64,000 bases of DNA, from contig CASDPK010000011.1 of NCBI GenBank assembly GCA_949282555.1, positions 2,896-66,895 on the forward strand. The letters run 5' to 3'. Shown one piece after another: positions 20,675-30,596 of the stretch. The notes under the pieces were generated by a model that saw only the letters and a program-made list of their open reading frames with translations, had not been told where the DNA came from and did no database searches. The position numbers and the translations under genes are program-made. This stretch comes from an uncultured Lentisphaeraceae bacterium (lineage in GTDB: Bacteria; Verrucomicrobiota; Kiritimatiellia; RFP12; DVOR01). How positions within the stretch are numbered: position 1 is the stretch's first letter; each line of letters starts with the position of its first letter.

Positions 20675-21783
20675 GCATTCTTTTCCGCTACGTGCTCCGG
20701 GGATTTGCGGTTCCGGCAGGGCTGTGCCTTGCGGGATTGTGCTCGCTGACGTTGCTCTTCATGAGCTTCGATCTTATTGGGGCGTGCTTTGATCCCAAGG
20801 CGAATGTGACGCTGCGTTCGGCGCTCGATTTCCTTGGCGGCACGCTTTCGGCCTATCTGGAATGGCTTTTGCCGGCGGTTTTCCTTTTGGCCACGCTTTA
20901 CACGATGTGGCAGTTCTGTCGCCATGGGGAATTGATTGCCATGCGCGCCAGCGGCATTGGGATGGCGACGGTGGTCATGCCGATCTTGCTGACGGCCTTG
21001 GTGGCCGCGGGGCTTTCCTTCGCCAACACGGAATTGATCAAGCCTACGGCGGCGGCCCGGGCAAGGGCCATCAAGGATTCGGACTTCCGGCTTTCCGGCC
21101 GTGAACCGTTCCGCGGCGTGGGATATGCCGCGCCGGGCAATGTGCGCGTGTGGGTGATTGGGGAACTGGACCCCGCCGTGCCCGAGACCCTGCGTGACGT
21201 CCGCGTGACCTTCAACCGTCCGGACGGATCGAAGCGTGTGACGTACGAGGCGCCGACCGCGCGTTGGCTGGACGGGGCTTGGTGGCTCCAAGGCGGCGTT
21301 CGCGCGACGTTCTACGATGAGCTTGACACCGTGGTCGCCCCGCCGGAAGGGGTGCCCGCCGAGACGCCGGTCAAGCCGCTTTACGAAGCCACGGAGACGC
21401 CGCGTCAGATCCGGGCGCAGAACATGGATGCCGAATTGGCCTCCGCGGCGGATCGCAAGGTCAACCGAAAGACCCGTGATCAGGCGGGGCTTACGACGCG
21501 GCAAAAGCACGAGGATTCCTACGCCACCTACAACCATTATGCCGCGCCGGTCTCCATTCTGCTGGTGACACTCTTTGCGATCCCGGCGGGCATCGCTTCG
21601 GGACGGCAGTCGGTGTTCCGCGGGATTCTCCTCGCCTTGGGGCTCTTTTTGGCCTACTACGCCATCACGGCGCTTTCCATGCTGTTGGCGAACCACGGCA
21701 TTGTCAAGCCGGCGTTGGCGGTTGCCTTGCCTTCGATTGTGTTTGGCGCGGCCTCGTTTGGGCTGTTCCGCCGGTTGCGATGA
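20671..21783 (+). CDS. LptF/LptG family LPS export permease
   Basis: ILFRY start, ELIAMRASGI motif, 3+3 TM with periplasmic domain. Confidence 0.88.
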   Translation: MSILFRYVLRGFAVPAGLCLAGLCSLTLLFMSFDLIGACFDPKANVTLRSALDFLGGTLSAYLEWLLPAVFLLATLYTMWQFCRHGELIAMRASGIGMATVVMPILLTALVAAGLSFANTELIKPTAAARARAIKDSDFRLSGREPFRGVGYAAPGNVRVWVIGELDPAVPETLRDVRVTFNRPDGSKRVTYEAPTARWLDGAWWLQGGVRATFYDELDTVVAPPEGVPAETPVKPLYEATETPRQIRAQNMDAELASAADRKVNRKTRDQAGLTTRQKHEDSYATYNHYAAPVSILLVTLFAIPAGIASGRQSVFRGILLALGLFLAYYAITALSMLLANHGIVKPALAVALPSIVFGAASFGLFRRLR

Positions 21784-21796
21784 GGGAAACAATATC

Positions 21797-22510
21797 ATGA
21801 CAGAACGCCGCGCCACCATGAAGGGGATTCCCGGGGATGCCGCCCGCCGCAGGGGCATCCGCCGCGTATTGATCCCACTGCTGTGTTTTGGGGTCCTGTT
21901 TGGCCTTGGGCTGGGAGTCTGCGCCGGCGCCGTTGGGCTTCTGCCCGCGGTGGCGGGGGTGGTGTTGCTGGTACTCGCGGTGGTGGGGCTGACGGTGTAT
22001 TGCCGTCGGCAACCGGCGTTGGTTTATGGGTATTTCAAGGGCGCGCGCGGCGAAGAGATGGTCGCCGGGGAATTGGCGCGCCTGGGCTCGGAATGGACGG
22101 TCTTCAATGGACTTTTGCTCCCCGATGGGCAAGACATCGATCATGTGGCCGTGGGGCCGCAGGGCCTTTTCGTGATCGAGACAAAGCATTGGAGCGGGTC
22201 CGTGACGGTGGAGGGAGGGGAAGTGCTGGCCAACGGTCGGCCGCTCCGCCGTTCTCCGGTGGCGCAGGTTCGCCGTTCCATGGGGGCGGTCTCCGCGGTG
22301 GCCGCCGTCCCCGAGGGGACCTTGCATGGCGTGCTTTGCTTCGCAGGAAGGCAGTTCCCCGAGGGGGCCGCACGTGCCGACGAGGTGCTTGTTTGTTCTC
22401 ATTTGGGCTTGGTGGATGCTTTGACCTCCGGCCCAATCGTGTTTGATGCCGCCGCGCTTGCGCGCATGGTTGCCCGGTTGGGCGCGTTTACCGTTACCGA
22501 AGGACTCTGA
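21797..22510 (+). CDS. membrane-anchored NERD nuclease-domain protein
   Basis: 2 TM then GARGE..DIDHV..FVIETKHW..PVAQ. Confidence 0.85.
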   Translation: MTERRATMKGIPGDAARRRGIRRVLIPLLCFGVLFGLGLGVCAGAVGLLPAVAGVVLLVLAVVGLTVYCRRQPALVYGYFKGARGEEMVAGELARLGSEWTVFNGLLLPDGQDIDHVAVGPQGLFVIETKHWSGSVTVEGGEVLANGRPLRRSPVAQVRRSMGAVSAVAAVPEGTLHGVLCFAGRQFPEGAARADEVLVCSHLGLVDALTSGPIVFDAAALARMVARLGAFTVTEGL

Positions 22511-22511
22511 G

Positions 22512-24659
22512 ATGATGCGTTTCACGTTTTTGCTTTCCTTGCTTCTGACTGTTTCGGCGGCCTACGCCAAACCCAAGGCGGTCGAGCCGGAGCCGGTCTA
22601 TCCTGAGATTGCCCGCCGCGTGGTGACCCAGCTGGGGGCGACACACCTTTCGGGCGAACGCTTCGACGACCGCCTCTCGGCCGTGGCGTGGACGAACTTG
22701 GTGGATGCGCTCGACTTTGACCGCACGTTGCTCACGCAAGAGGATTTGCGCCGTCTGGAGGCGCAACGCGGACGGATTGACGACATGCTTGCCGAGGGCG
22801 ACCTTTCGTTTGGGTATGACCTGATGCAATTGGTGCGCGAGCGTTTGGAGGCGCGTTGCGATTACGCCGAAGAGGTGCTCAAAGAGCCCAATCCCTTTGA
22901 CTTTTCCAAAGACGAGCAGTTTGTTTGGAAACGCCGCAAGGCCGAGCGTCCCGCCAATGCCGAGGAGCAGCGGGCCCTTTGGCGCGCCGCGCTCAAAAAT
23001 GAGTGGCTCGCCCTCCTGCTGACCAAGGAGTTGGACGCCGAGGAGGCGAAAGACGCCAAGCCTTCGGAAGAGGAAGAGAAGGATGAGGAACCCGCTTACG
23101 ATGAGGATGAGGACCTCAAACTCCCCGTCCCGGAGATCATTGCCAAGCGTTATCGCACCCTGCGCGACGCCTACAGGGAGATGGATTCCGAGACGGTGCT
23201 CCAGCGCTATCTCTCCGCGGTGGCGAATGCCTACGATCCGCACACGGACTACATGAGCCCGATGAATTTCGAAGACTTCAACATGGAGATGAATCTCACG
23301 CTTTGCGGCATCGGGGCCACGTTGCGTTACGACGATGGATTGGTGCGTGTGGCTGAGTTGATGCCGGGGGCGCCCGCCGCCCGTGACACGCGCGAAATCC
23401 GTTTGCGTGAGGGCGATCGCATCATTGGCGTGGGGCAGGGCGATGGGCCGATTGAGGATATCCGCCACAAGCCGCTTTCGCGCACCGTGCGCAAGATCCG
23501 CGGCCCCAAGGGCTCCAAGGTCGTGCTCAAGGTCATTCCCGTCTCCGACAAATCCGGCACACGGACAAAGCTGGTGGATTTGGTGCGCGACGAAATCAAG
23601 CTGGAGGAGCAGGCCGTCACCGGTCGGGTCGATCGCCTCACGTTGCCGGGGGGCGATGAGCGCCGTTTTGGCTATGTGCGCATTCCCACCTTCTATGCCG
23701 GGGCCGTGGGGGGCCAGGGTGGGGCGGATGCCCGCTCGATGACGCGCGACTTGCTCCGCTACATCCAGAGCTTCAACGCCGACCATGTGGATGGGCTGGT
23801 GGTCGATCTTCGGAACAATGGCGGCGGTTCGTTGCTGGAGGCGCTTGCCATGAATGCGCTCTTTGTGAACGGGCCGGTGGTGCAGGTGCGTGACGCACGC
23901 ACGGTGCAGGTGCTCCCGGGGCAGGGACGGGTGGCCTTCCGCAAGCCGATGGTGGTGCTGGTGAACAGAAATTCCGCCTCGGCCTCCGAGATTGTGGCTT
24001 CGGCCTTGCAGGACTATGGCCGGGCGATCATCATCGGTGATTCCAAGACCCACGGCAAAGGGACCGTACAGTCGGTTCAGGGGTTGGGGGACAACACGGT
24101 CTACGGCGCGAACCGTATCACGACCGCCTGTTTCTACCGTCTCAACGGCGGCACGACGCAGCTCCGGGGGGTGGTGCCTGATTTGGTGATCCCCTCCATC
24201 TATGATGCCCTTGAACTCGGAGAGGATCAGCTTCCCGGGGCTTTGCCCTACACGGAGATCAAGCCGGCTTACTATGCCAAGACCTCCGACCTTGCGCCGT
24301 TCTTGCCGCGGTTGCGCGCCAATTCCGAGCGTCGCCTTGCCAAGGATCCCCAATATGTTGCCGCCAAGCAACTGGTCGACCACGTCCGCAAGGCCAATGC
24401 CGAAAAGACCGTTCCCCTCCGTCTTGACACGCGCCGCGAGCGGATGCGTGCCGAGCGGGCGATGCAGAAACTTCAGGATGAGGCGCTGAGCGGCCCCGCC
24501 AAGGCCAAGAAGCAGGGGCCCACGGTGGAGAACGATCCCGTGCTTCGCGAGGCCTTCAACGTCTTGGCGGACTATATCGAGTTGCGCGGCGGCCCGGATG
24601 AACCGATCAACACCGAGGGAAATCTCGGGAACCGCCTGTTCAACATCTTTGGTCTCTGA
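22512..24659 (+). CDS. prc: carboxy-terminal processing protease (S41A, Prc/Tsp)
   Basis: DPHTDY, PDZ GIGA, DLRNNGGG, SASASEI, GKGTVQ. Confidence 0.93.
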   Translation: MMRFTFLLSLLLTVSAAYAKPKAVEPEPVYPEIARRVVTQLGATHLSGERFDDRLSAVAWTNLVDALDFDRTLLTQEDLRRLEAQRGRIDDMLAEGDLSFGYDLMQLVRERLEARCDYAEEVLKEPNPFDFSKDEQFVWKRRKAERPANAEEQRALWRAALKNEWLALLLTKELDAEEAKDAKPSEEEEKDEEPAYDEDEDLKLPVPEIIAKRYRTLRDAYREMDSETVLQRYLSAVANAYDPHTDYMSPMNFEDFNMEMNLTLCGIGATLRYDDGLVRVAELMPGAPAARDTREIRLREGDRIIGVGQGDGPIEDIRHKPLSRTVRKIRGPKGSKVVLKVIPVSDKSGTRTKLVDLVRDEIKLEEQAVTGRVDRLTLPGGDERRFGYVRIPTFYAGAVGGQGGADARSMTRDLLRYIQSFNADHVDGLVVDLRNNGGGSLLEALAMNALFVNGPVVQVRDARTVQVLPGQGRVAFRKPMVVLVNRNSASASEIVASALQDYGRAIIIGDSKTHGKGTVQSVQGLGDNTVYGANRITTACFYRLNGGTTQLRGVVPDLVIPSIYDALELGEDQLPGALPYTEIKPAYYAKTSDLAPFLPRLRANSERRLAKDPQYVAAKQLVDHVRKANAEKTVPLRLDTRRERMRAERAMQKLQDEALSGPAKAKKQGPTVENDPVLREAFNVLADYIELRGGPDEPINTEGNLGNRLFNIFGL

Positions 24660-24660
24660 G

Positions 24661-26613
24661 GTGGGGCACGCGTCGTCACACGCTTCCGAGAAATCCACCG
24701 CGGAGCCTCGCGATGGCGCGGGCTCCGTGTGCCCTGGAGAGCTGTGGCGGGGGGCTTCGTCGCCATTGATTCCCGAGACGGAAGAGACGGTTTGGCTGTC
24801 GCGGATCTCTTCCCCCGCCGATGTCCGTGCGATGCCGGCGGAGGCGCTTCCTTGTTTGGCGAGAGAGATTCGGGAGCGCATGGTTTCCGTGGTTTCCCGC
24901 ACCGGTGGGCACCTTGCGCCGAGCCTTGGCGTTGTGGAGTTGACGATTGCGCTTTGTCGGGTCTTCAATTTTCCCGCGGACAAGGTGGTGTGGGATGTTG
25001 GGCATCAGACGTATGCTTGGAAGATGCTCACGGGCCGCGACAATCGCATGGGGACTTTGCGGCAGTTTGGGGGCTTGCGCGGGTTTACCAGTCCCGAGGA
25101 ATCCCCTTATGATGCCACGGTCGCCGGCCATGCCGGCGTCGCGCTTTCGTCGGCCCTTGGCATGGCGGCGGCGCGGGATGCGCGTGGCGGGGCGGAGCAC
25201 ATCGTGGCGGTGGTTGGCGACGCCTCCCTTACCAATGGGATCTCGCTGGAGGCCGTGAATGCCGTCCGCCACACCACGGAACGTCTCATCCTTGTGATCA
25301 ACGACAATGGCATGAGCATTTCGCGCAATGTCGGTGCGTTCGCCCGGCTCTTTGCCCGCCGTTTGGCCGGATTGCGTTACAACCGCATCCGTGCCGCCGC
25401 AGAGGCCGCGGGGCACCGTCTGCGCCTTAGTCGCCTCAAGGCGCTCTATCGCGGACTCAAGGGTGCGCTCAAGCCGCTCTTGTTGCGCCAACGGTCTGCG
25501 GTGTTTGAGGAGCTTGGGTTTCGGTACATCGGCCCCATTGATGGGCACGATATCCTCGCCTTGTGCGATGCGTTGCGTGCCGCGGCCGAGGGCCACGTGC
25601 CGGTGGCATTGCACATCGCTACCGTCAAGGGAAAGGGATATCCGCCTGCGGAGCGCAATCCTTCCAAATGGCATGGCGTCGCGCCTTGGCATTGCCCGGC
25701 TTCCCCCTCCGCGGCCAAGGGCGACCCTGCGGCTCAGCCGGCGGAATCTTTCAGTGAGGCCTTCGGGGAGGCGTTGTGCGCACTGGCTGAGCGCGATCCG
25801 CGCGTCGTCGCCGTGACGGCCGCGATGCGCGATGGGACGGGCCTTGCGGAGTTCTTCCGCCGCTTCCCCGGACGGGCCTATGACGTGGGCATTTGTGAAG
25901 AGCACGCCGTCGTTTTCGCCGCGGGGTTGGCCGCCGCGGGGTTGCGCCCCTTTGTGGCCGTTTACTCGACCTTTGCCCAACGGGCGGTTGATTGCCTCAT
26001 GCACGACGTTTGCCTGCCGCGTTTGCCCGTGGTGCTGTGCCTTGACCGCGCCGGGGCCGTCGGGGCGGATGGCCCCACCCACCATGGACTGTATGATCTT
26101 GCGATGTGCCGTGCGTTGCCGGGGCTGACGGTGCGTGCGCCGCTTGGGCGAGAGAGCTTGAAAACCGCGCTTGCGGAGGCGTTGGCCTCCGATGGCCCGA
26201 CGCTGATCCGTTATCCGCGCGGGGCGGTTCCGGCAGTGGAGCCTCCTCCCGCTTCGGCCGTGCCTTCGGGTGAGGGGCCGGTGTTGGTGGCGTTGGGACA
26301 CGCGGCGGTGTGGGCGGCGCCCGTCGCCGAGGCGTTGGGGATGCCGTCGCTGGCGGTTGATGCCGTCAAGCCTCTTCCGCCGGTGGTGAAGGCGTTGGAA
26401 GGGCGTCCGGTGGTGACGTTGGAGGATGCCGCCGCGCAGGGAGGCTTTGGTTCTGCCGTGGCGGAAATCCATCGAGGGCCGTTGCTGACGCTTGGGTGGC
26501 CCGATCGCTTTGTCCCGCAGGGAACGGACGATGAGCTCCGCGCGTGGGGTTCCCTCGACACGGAGAGTCTCATCCGTCGTATTCGTGCGTGGCGGGAGGC
26601 GTGCCGTGTCTGA
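24661..26613 (+). CDS. dxs: 1-deoxy-D-xylulose-5-phosphate synthase
   Basis: GGHLAPSLG, WDVGHQ, GDA..NDN, DRAG.VG.DGPTHHG; start uncertain (24661-24766). Confidence 0.95.
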   Translation: MGHASSHASEKSTAEPRDGAGSVCPGELWRGASSPLIPETEETVWLSRISSPADVRAMPAEALPCLAREIRERMVSVVSRTGGHLAPSLGVVELTIALCRVFNFPADKVVWDVGHQTYAWKMLTGRDNRMGTLRQFGGLRGFTSPEESPYDATVAGHAGVALSSALGMAAARDARGGAEHIVAVVGDASLTNGISLEAVNAVRHTTERLILVINDNGMSISRNVGAFARLFARRLAGLRYNRIRAAAEAAGHRLRLSRLKALYRGLKGALKPLLLRQRSAVFEELGFRYIGPIDGHDILALCDALRAAAEGHVPVALHIATVKGKGYPPAERNPSKWHGVAPWHCPASPSAAKGDPAAQPAESFSEAFGEALCALAERDPRVVAVTAAMRDGTGLAEFFRRFPGRAYDVGICEEHAVVFAAGLAAAGLRPFVAVYSTFAQRAVDCLMHDVCLPRLPVVLCLDRAGAVGADGPTHHGLYDLAMCRALPGLTVRAPLGRESLKTALAEALASDGPTLIRYPRGAVPAVEPPPASAVPSGEGPVLVALGHAAVWAAPVAEALGMPSLAVDAVKPLPPVVKALEGRPVVTLEDAAAQGGFGSAVAEIHRGPLLTLGWPDRFVPQGTDDELRAWGSLDTESLIRRIRAWREACRV

Positions 26614-28495
26614 CGCTGACGGTGTCGTTCCCAAGGCTGTGCGCGCCCCGGTGCGTGTGTTGCCGGAGACGGTGGCCAATCAAATCGCCGCCGGAGAGGT
26701 GGTGGAGCGTCCGGCCTCGGTGGTGAAGGAACTGGTGGAGAACGCGCTCGATGCCGGGGCGACACGCATTGACGTTGCGGTGGAGGGCGGCGGCGCCAAG
26801 GCCGTGATCGTGGACGACAACGGTTGCGGCATGGGGCGGGAAGACGCTTTGGCCTGTTTGGAGCGGCAGGCGACCAGCAAGATCGCGACGTCGGCCGACA
26901 TCGAACGCATTGCGACCTTTGGGTTTCGCGGGGAGGCCATTCCCTCCATCGCCAGTGTTTCCCGGTTTGCGCTTGTGACACGGCCGGCGGAGGAGGATGC
27001 CGCAACGGAACTCACGGTGGTGGGGGGGACGTTGGAGCACGTGAGCGCGGCGGGGCATCCGGTGGGCACCACGGTTTCCGTGCGTGACCTCTTCTTCAAC
27101 GTCCCCGCCCGCCGTAAGTTCCTAAGGGCCGCGGCCACGGAGTTGGCGCGTATCCGCGCCACGCTTTCGGCCATAGCGTTGGCGCACCCGGAGATCGCCT
27201 TTCGGTTGCGTTCGGAGGGACGGGATCTCTTTCGATTGCCGGAAGGGGACACGTTGGAGGATCGTGTGCGGGTCCTTCTCGGCGAGCCGACGGCCGAAGC
27301 GCTCCTGCCTGTGGATCATGAGCAGGCCGGCGTGCATGTGCATGGCTACGTGTCGCAACCGACGTTCGTTCGTGGCGGCACACCGGAGCAGTATGTTTTT
27401 GTGAACCGTCGCCCCGCAACCGCCCCTCAGATCCAATATGCCCTTCGGGAGGCGTGGCCCGTGAAGGAGCGCCGGCCCGTGGCGGTTCTCTTTGTGGATC
27501 TTCCGCCGGAGGAGGTGGATGTCAATGTTCACCCCGCCAAGCGAGAGGTGCGTTTCCGCCATGGCAACCGCGTCATTGAGGCGGTCTGCTCTGCGATTGT
27601 CGGGGCGCTTGAGGCCGTGGGGGGCCATCGTGCGGAGGATGCGGGGCGATGCCCCAGCCCTTCGGAGGCTGTGCCGCCATTGAGCGTTCAGCCATTGGCG
27701 AAGCCACAAGCGCCGTCGGTTGCGCCTTCTCTTGCGCCGCTTTCGCCCATCGCGCCTTTGCCGACGCCGCAAGCGCCGCCGGCGCGTCAGGAGACGTTGC
27801 CGCTCCCGACGGCGCCCTTGGCCTATCCCGTCCTGCGCGATCTTCCGCCCGCCACGCCGGAACCTTTGGTGCCTCCGCCCCCGCCGACGACCTCAGAGGA
27901 GAAGCGTGCGTCGGTCTTGCCGTGGCAATGGTTGCGCGTGGCCGATGTGTTGGAGCCGGGGTATTGGCTGGTTGTGACGGATCAGGGCTATGTCACGGTG
28001 GATGCCAAGGCGGCGCTTGAGCGGATTCTCTATGAGCGTTTTGCGCCTGCGGCGGAGACGGTGGCGTCTCAGCCGCTGTTGCTCCCCGAGACGCTCCGTC
28101 TCCCTCCGGCCGATGCGGAGCGTGTGACGCGATTCCTGCCTGAGCTGGAGGCGTGTGGCTTTGGCGTGAGTGCCTTCGGGCCGGACACCTTTCTGATTGA
28201 TGCCTTGCCGGTGGCTTTGGCGGAACTCTCGCCCAAAGAAATGTTGGCCGAAATCGCCGCGGAGTTGGACCGGACCGGAGTCCGCAAAGGGCTGGATGCC
28301 TGGCGTCGGGAGGTGGTTGCCCGGGCCGCCGCCAAAGCGGCTTGTGGGGCGTTCCACGCCAACGACATCGCTTCCGCCGAGCGACTCATGGCGCAACTTG
28401 CCCGTTGTGCCATGCCCTATGTGACGCCCCGTGGCCGTCCGGTCATGATTCTGACCTCCTATCGCGAGCTTGCGCGCCGTTTCCGGCGCGAATGA
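26606..28495 (+). CDS. mutL: DNA mismatch repair protein MutL
   Basis: NQIAAGEVVERP, ELVENALDA, GFRGEA, DVNVHPAK. Confidence 0.95.
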   Translation: MSDADGVVPKAVRAPVRVLPETVANQIAAGEVVERPASVVKELVENALDAGATRIDVAVEGGGAKAVIVDDNGCGMGREDALACLERQATSKIATSADIERIATFGFRGEAIPSIASVSRFALVTRPAEEDAATELTVVGGTLEHVSAAGHPVGTTVSVRDLFFNVPARRKFLRAAATELARIRATLSAIALAHPEIAFRLRSEGRDLFRLPEGDTLEDRVRVLLGEPTAEALLPVDHEQAGVHVHGYVSQPTFVRGGTPEQYVFVNRRPATAPQIQYALREAWPVKERRPVAVLFVDLPPEEVDVNVHPAKREVRFRHGNRVIEAVCSAIVGALEAVGGHRAEDAGRCPSPSEAVPPLSVQPLAKPQAPSVAPSLAPLSPIAPLPTPQAPPARQETLPLPTAPLAYPVLRDLPPATPEPLVPPPPPTTSEEKRASVLPWQWLRVADVLEPGYWLVVTDQGYVTVDAKAALERILYERFAPAAETVASQPLLLPETLRLPPADAERVTRFLPELEACGFGVSAFGPDTFLIDALPVALAELSPKEMLAEIAAELDRTGVRKGLDAWRREVVARAAAKAACGAFHANDIASAERLMAQLARCAMPYVTPRGRPVMILTSYRELARRFRRE

Positions 28496-28522
28496 CGTGT
28501 TTCTGAATCCTCTTAAAGTGTC

Positions 28523-28553
28523 TTGACTTGGAGTTCGCTCCAATGCGTATCAT
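28523..28553 (+). promoter_or_regulatory. MerR-type promoter with dyad operator
   Basis: TTGACT-19 bp-TATCAT; dyad TTGGAG-TTCG-CTCCAA at 28528-28543. Confidence 0.8.
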
Positions 28554-28583
28554 GGTGTCGTTGTTTTGGAGAAAGGACACACC

Positions 28584-29201
28584 ATGGATTGGATCAATCG
28601 TAGAAGTTTCCTCACGCATTCGTTGACCTTTGCGGCGGGAGTCTCGCTTGTGGGATGTTCACGGGCCGATGAGATTCCCCCTGCGAGGGAGAAACCGTCT
28701 GACACACAAGGAAAGGTTGCAGGAATGAAACCGTTGATCGTCTACTATTCTTGGAGCGGCAACACGCGTGCACTGGCCCGGCATCTTGCCTCGGCCACCG
28801 GCGGGACGCTCTTTGAACTCGCCCCCAAAACGCCCTATCCCTCGGCCTATCACGCATGCACCGAGCAGGCAAAGAAAGACATCGCCTCAGGTTTTCGGCC
28901 TGCGCTTGAATCGCTTCCCGATCTTTCCGCCGTTGATACCGTGTTGGTCGGTTCGCCCAATTGGTGGGGAACGGTGGCGCCACCGGTCAGCACGTTCCTT
29001 GAAAACGCGGCCTTGAAAGGGAAAAAGGTTGCCCTTTTCGTCACGCATGGCGGAGGAGGCCTGCAACGTTGCGAACAGGATTTTCGCAAACAATGCAAGG
29101 GGGAACCTCTTGGGCGTGCGTTGGCGGTGAGTGGCTCCCGTGCCGCACGAGCGTCGGATGAGGCGCAACGATGGCTCAAAACGCTCGAACTGATACAGTG
29201 A
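28584..29201 (+). CDS. Tat-exported flavodoxin (possible lipoprotein)
   Basis: NRRSFL twin-arginine signal, LVGC lipobox, YYSWSGNT, GSPNWWG, THGGGG. Confidence 0.85.
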   Translation: MDWINRRSFLTHSLTFAAGVSLVGCSRADEIPPAREKPSDTQGKVAGMKPLIVYYSWSGNTRALARHLASATGGTLFELAPKTPYPSAYHACTEQAKKDIASGFRPALESLPDLSAVDTVLVGSPNWWGTVAPPVSTFLENAALKGKKVALFVTHGGGGLQRCEQDFRKQCKGEPLGRALAVSGSRAARASDEAQRWLKTLELIQ

Positions 29202-29213
29202 TTCGGTTCTCCT

Positions 29214-29247
29214 GTTGGGTGCGACTTTTTGTCGCACCCAACGTTTT
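29214..29247 (+). terminator. intrinsic terminator
   Basis: GTTGGGTGCGAC-TTTTT-GTCGCACCCAAC then GTTTT. Confidence 0.7.
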
Positions 29248-29251
29248 CCGC

Positions 29252-29280
29252 TTGCGGGTTTTGGAATTGGGTCGTATAAT
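29252..29280 (+). promoter_or_regulatory. sigma70 promoter
   Basis: TTGCGG-17 bp-TATAAT. Confidence 0.6.
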
Positions 29281-29344
29281 GGCCAGAGTATGTTTGGAAT
29301 GGGGGCGTGACTCCCCTGAACGAACGAGAAAGGAAACGTCAGGT

Positions 29345-30058
29345 ATGAATACAGTGACAGCAGTGCGCTTTGGTGCGATGGCCGTGATGGCCGCTACGGT
29401 GATTGGATTTTCTGCGGGCTGCAGTGGCTCCGCACAGTGCAATAAACAGGAGATCGTTCAAGTGAACAACGCTGATTTCTACAAAGACGGGAAGTTTGAT
29501 GCCGAGAAGGGCAAGCAGGCTTACTTCGAGATGATGAAGAAGCTGGGAGCCCCGGTTTACAAGCGCTACATTGAAGAGCCTGGATTCTTCTGGGCGGTCG
29601 ATTTCGCCCAGGGTGACTTCGCGGCCTTCGGCATGGGCGGAGTCTTTTGGGTGAATGATCGCGACAAGCAGTACTTCGCCCATGAGATCTTCCTGCTTCC
29701 CGGCCAGTCCATCGCCGAGCACCGCCATCTGCCCACGGTTGATGCCAAGGGGCCCTTGCAGTGCAAGCATGAGCGCTGGCAGGTCCGTTATGGCTCGGTT
29801 TACGGCTTCAGCGAGGTGGGCGAGCCCAACCTCGACAAGTTCCCCGAGGCCAAGGCCATGCTGGCCAAGTGCCAGGTGCCTCACCTCAACAGCGTCCACG
29901 TGGAAAAGTGGGAAGCCGATGGTCAGGTTCATCCCCTTCCCAAGGATGAGACGTGGCACTTCATGATGGGCGGCCCGGAGGGCGCGGTGGTCTCCGAATA
30001 TGCCACCTACCATGACGGCAACGGCCTGCGCTTCAGCTGCCCGAACGTTGCGTTCTAA
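29345..30058 (+). CDS. D-lyxose/D-mannose isomerase-like cupin with lipoprotein signal
   Basis: FLLPGQSIAEHRH..KHE..WHFM..VSEY cupin motifs; signal ending FSAGC. Confidence 0.7.
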   Translation: MNTVTAVRFGAMAVMAATVIGFSAGCSGSAQCNKQEIVQVNNADFYKDGKFDAEKGKQAYFEMMKKLGAPVYKRYIEEPGFFWAVDFAQGDFAAFGMGGVFWVNDRDKQYFAHEIFLLPGQSIAEHRHLPTVDAKGPLQCKHERWQVRYGSVYGFSEVGEPNLDKFPEAKAMLAKCQVPHLNSVHVEKWEADGQVHPLPKDETWHFMMGGPEGAVVSEYATYHDGNGLRFSCPNVAF

Positions 30059-30126
30059 TGTTTTCCGCGCGGCGGGGGCGTGCTCCCGTCGCGTATTTTC
30101 TTCTTCTCACACGAAAGGATTTTGCC

Positions 30127-30438
30127 ATGAAGTATCTGCACACCGGAATGATTGTCGGCGAGAAGTTGCCCGATATGGTGTTCATGGAGCCCCTCAAGGT
30201 CTGGGTGACCGATGCCTCCAAAGATAAGTATTCCATTGAATTCCTCTACTTTGAGGTCGATTCCCCGATGGCCGCCGCCATCCAGGAACAGCCCCATGTG
30301 GCCTATGAGGTTGAGGATATTGATGCCGCCCTCGAAGGGAAGTCGATCCTTTGGCAGAAGATGGACGTGGGCAACGCCTACATCGCCTTCGTCTATGACA
30401 ATGACACCGTCGTTGAGTTCTATCAGCCCAAGAAGTGA
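30127..30438 (+). CDS. VOC/glyoxalase-like small protein
   Basis: HTG..PHVAYEVEDID..VEF pattern; GAAAGGA RBS. Confidence 0.7.
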   Translation: MKYLHTGMIVGEKLPDMVFMEPLKVWVTDASKDKYSIEFLYFEVDSPMAAAIQEQPHVAYEVEDIDAALEGKSILWQKMDVGNAYIAFVYDNDTVVEFYQPKK

Positions 30439-30596
30439 TGCCTTGCGGCGCCATCGCCAAAGGTGACGCACATTATCCCGGCCTCGTTGCGGGAATGCTT
30501 CCGCGGGAGGTCGGGGGCGGTCGCGGGTTGGTGCCCCTCACGTTCATTTGAGTTTGCGTTCTTCGATAATCCACGTTCTTTTCAAGGAGTCCTCTC

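Noticed and set aside
27660..27900. Pro/Ala-rich repetitive DNA in mutL
   Set aside because: Ordinary disordered MutL linker
30470..30520. GC hairpin upstream of dhaK as a riboswitch
   Set aside because: Single imperfect stem with no conserved riboswitch motif
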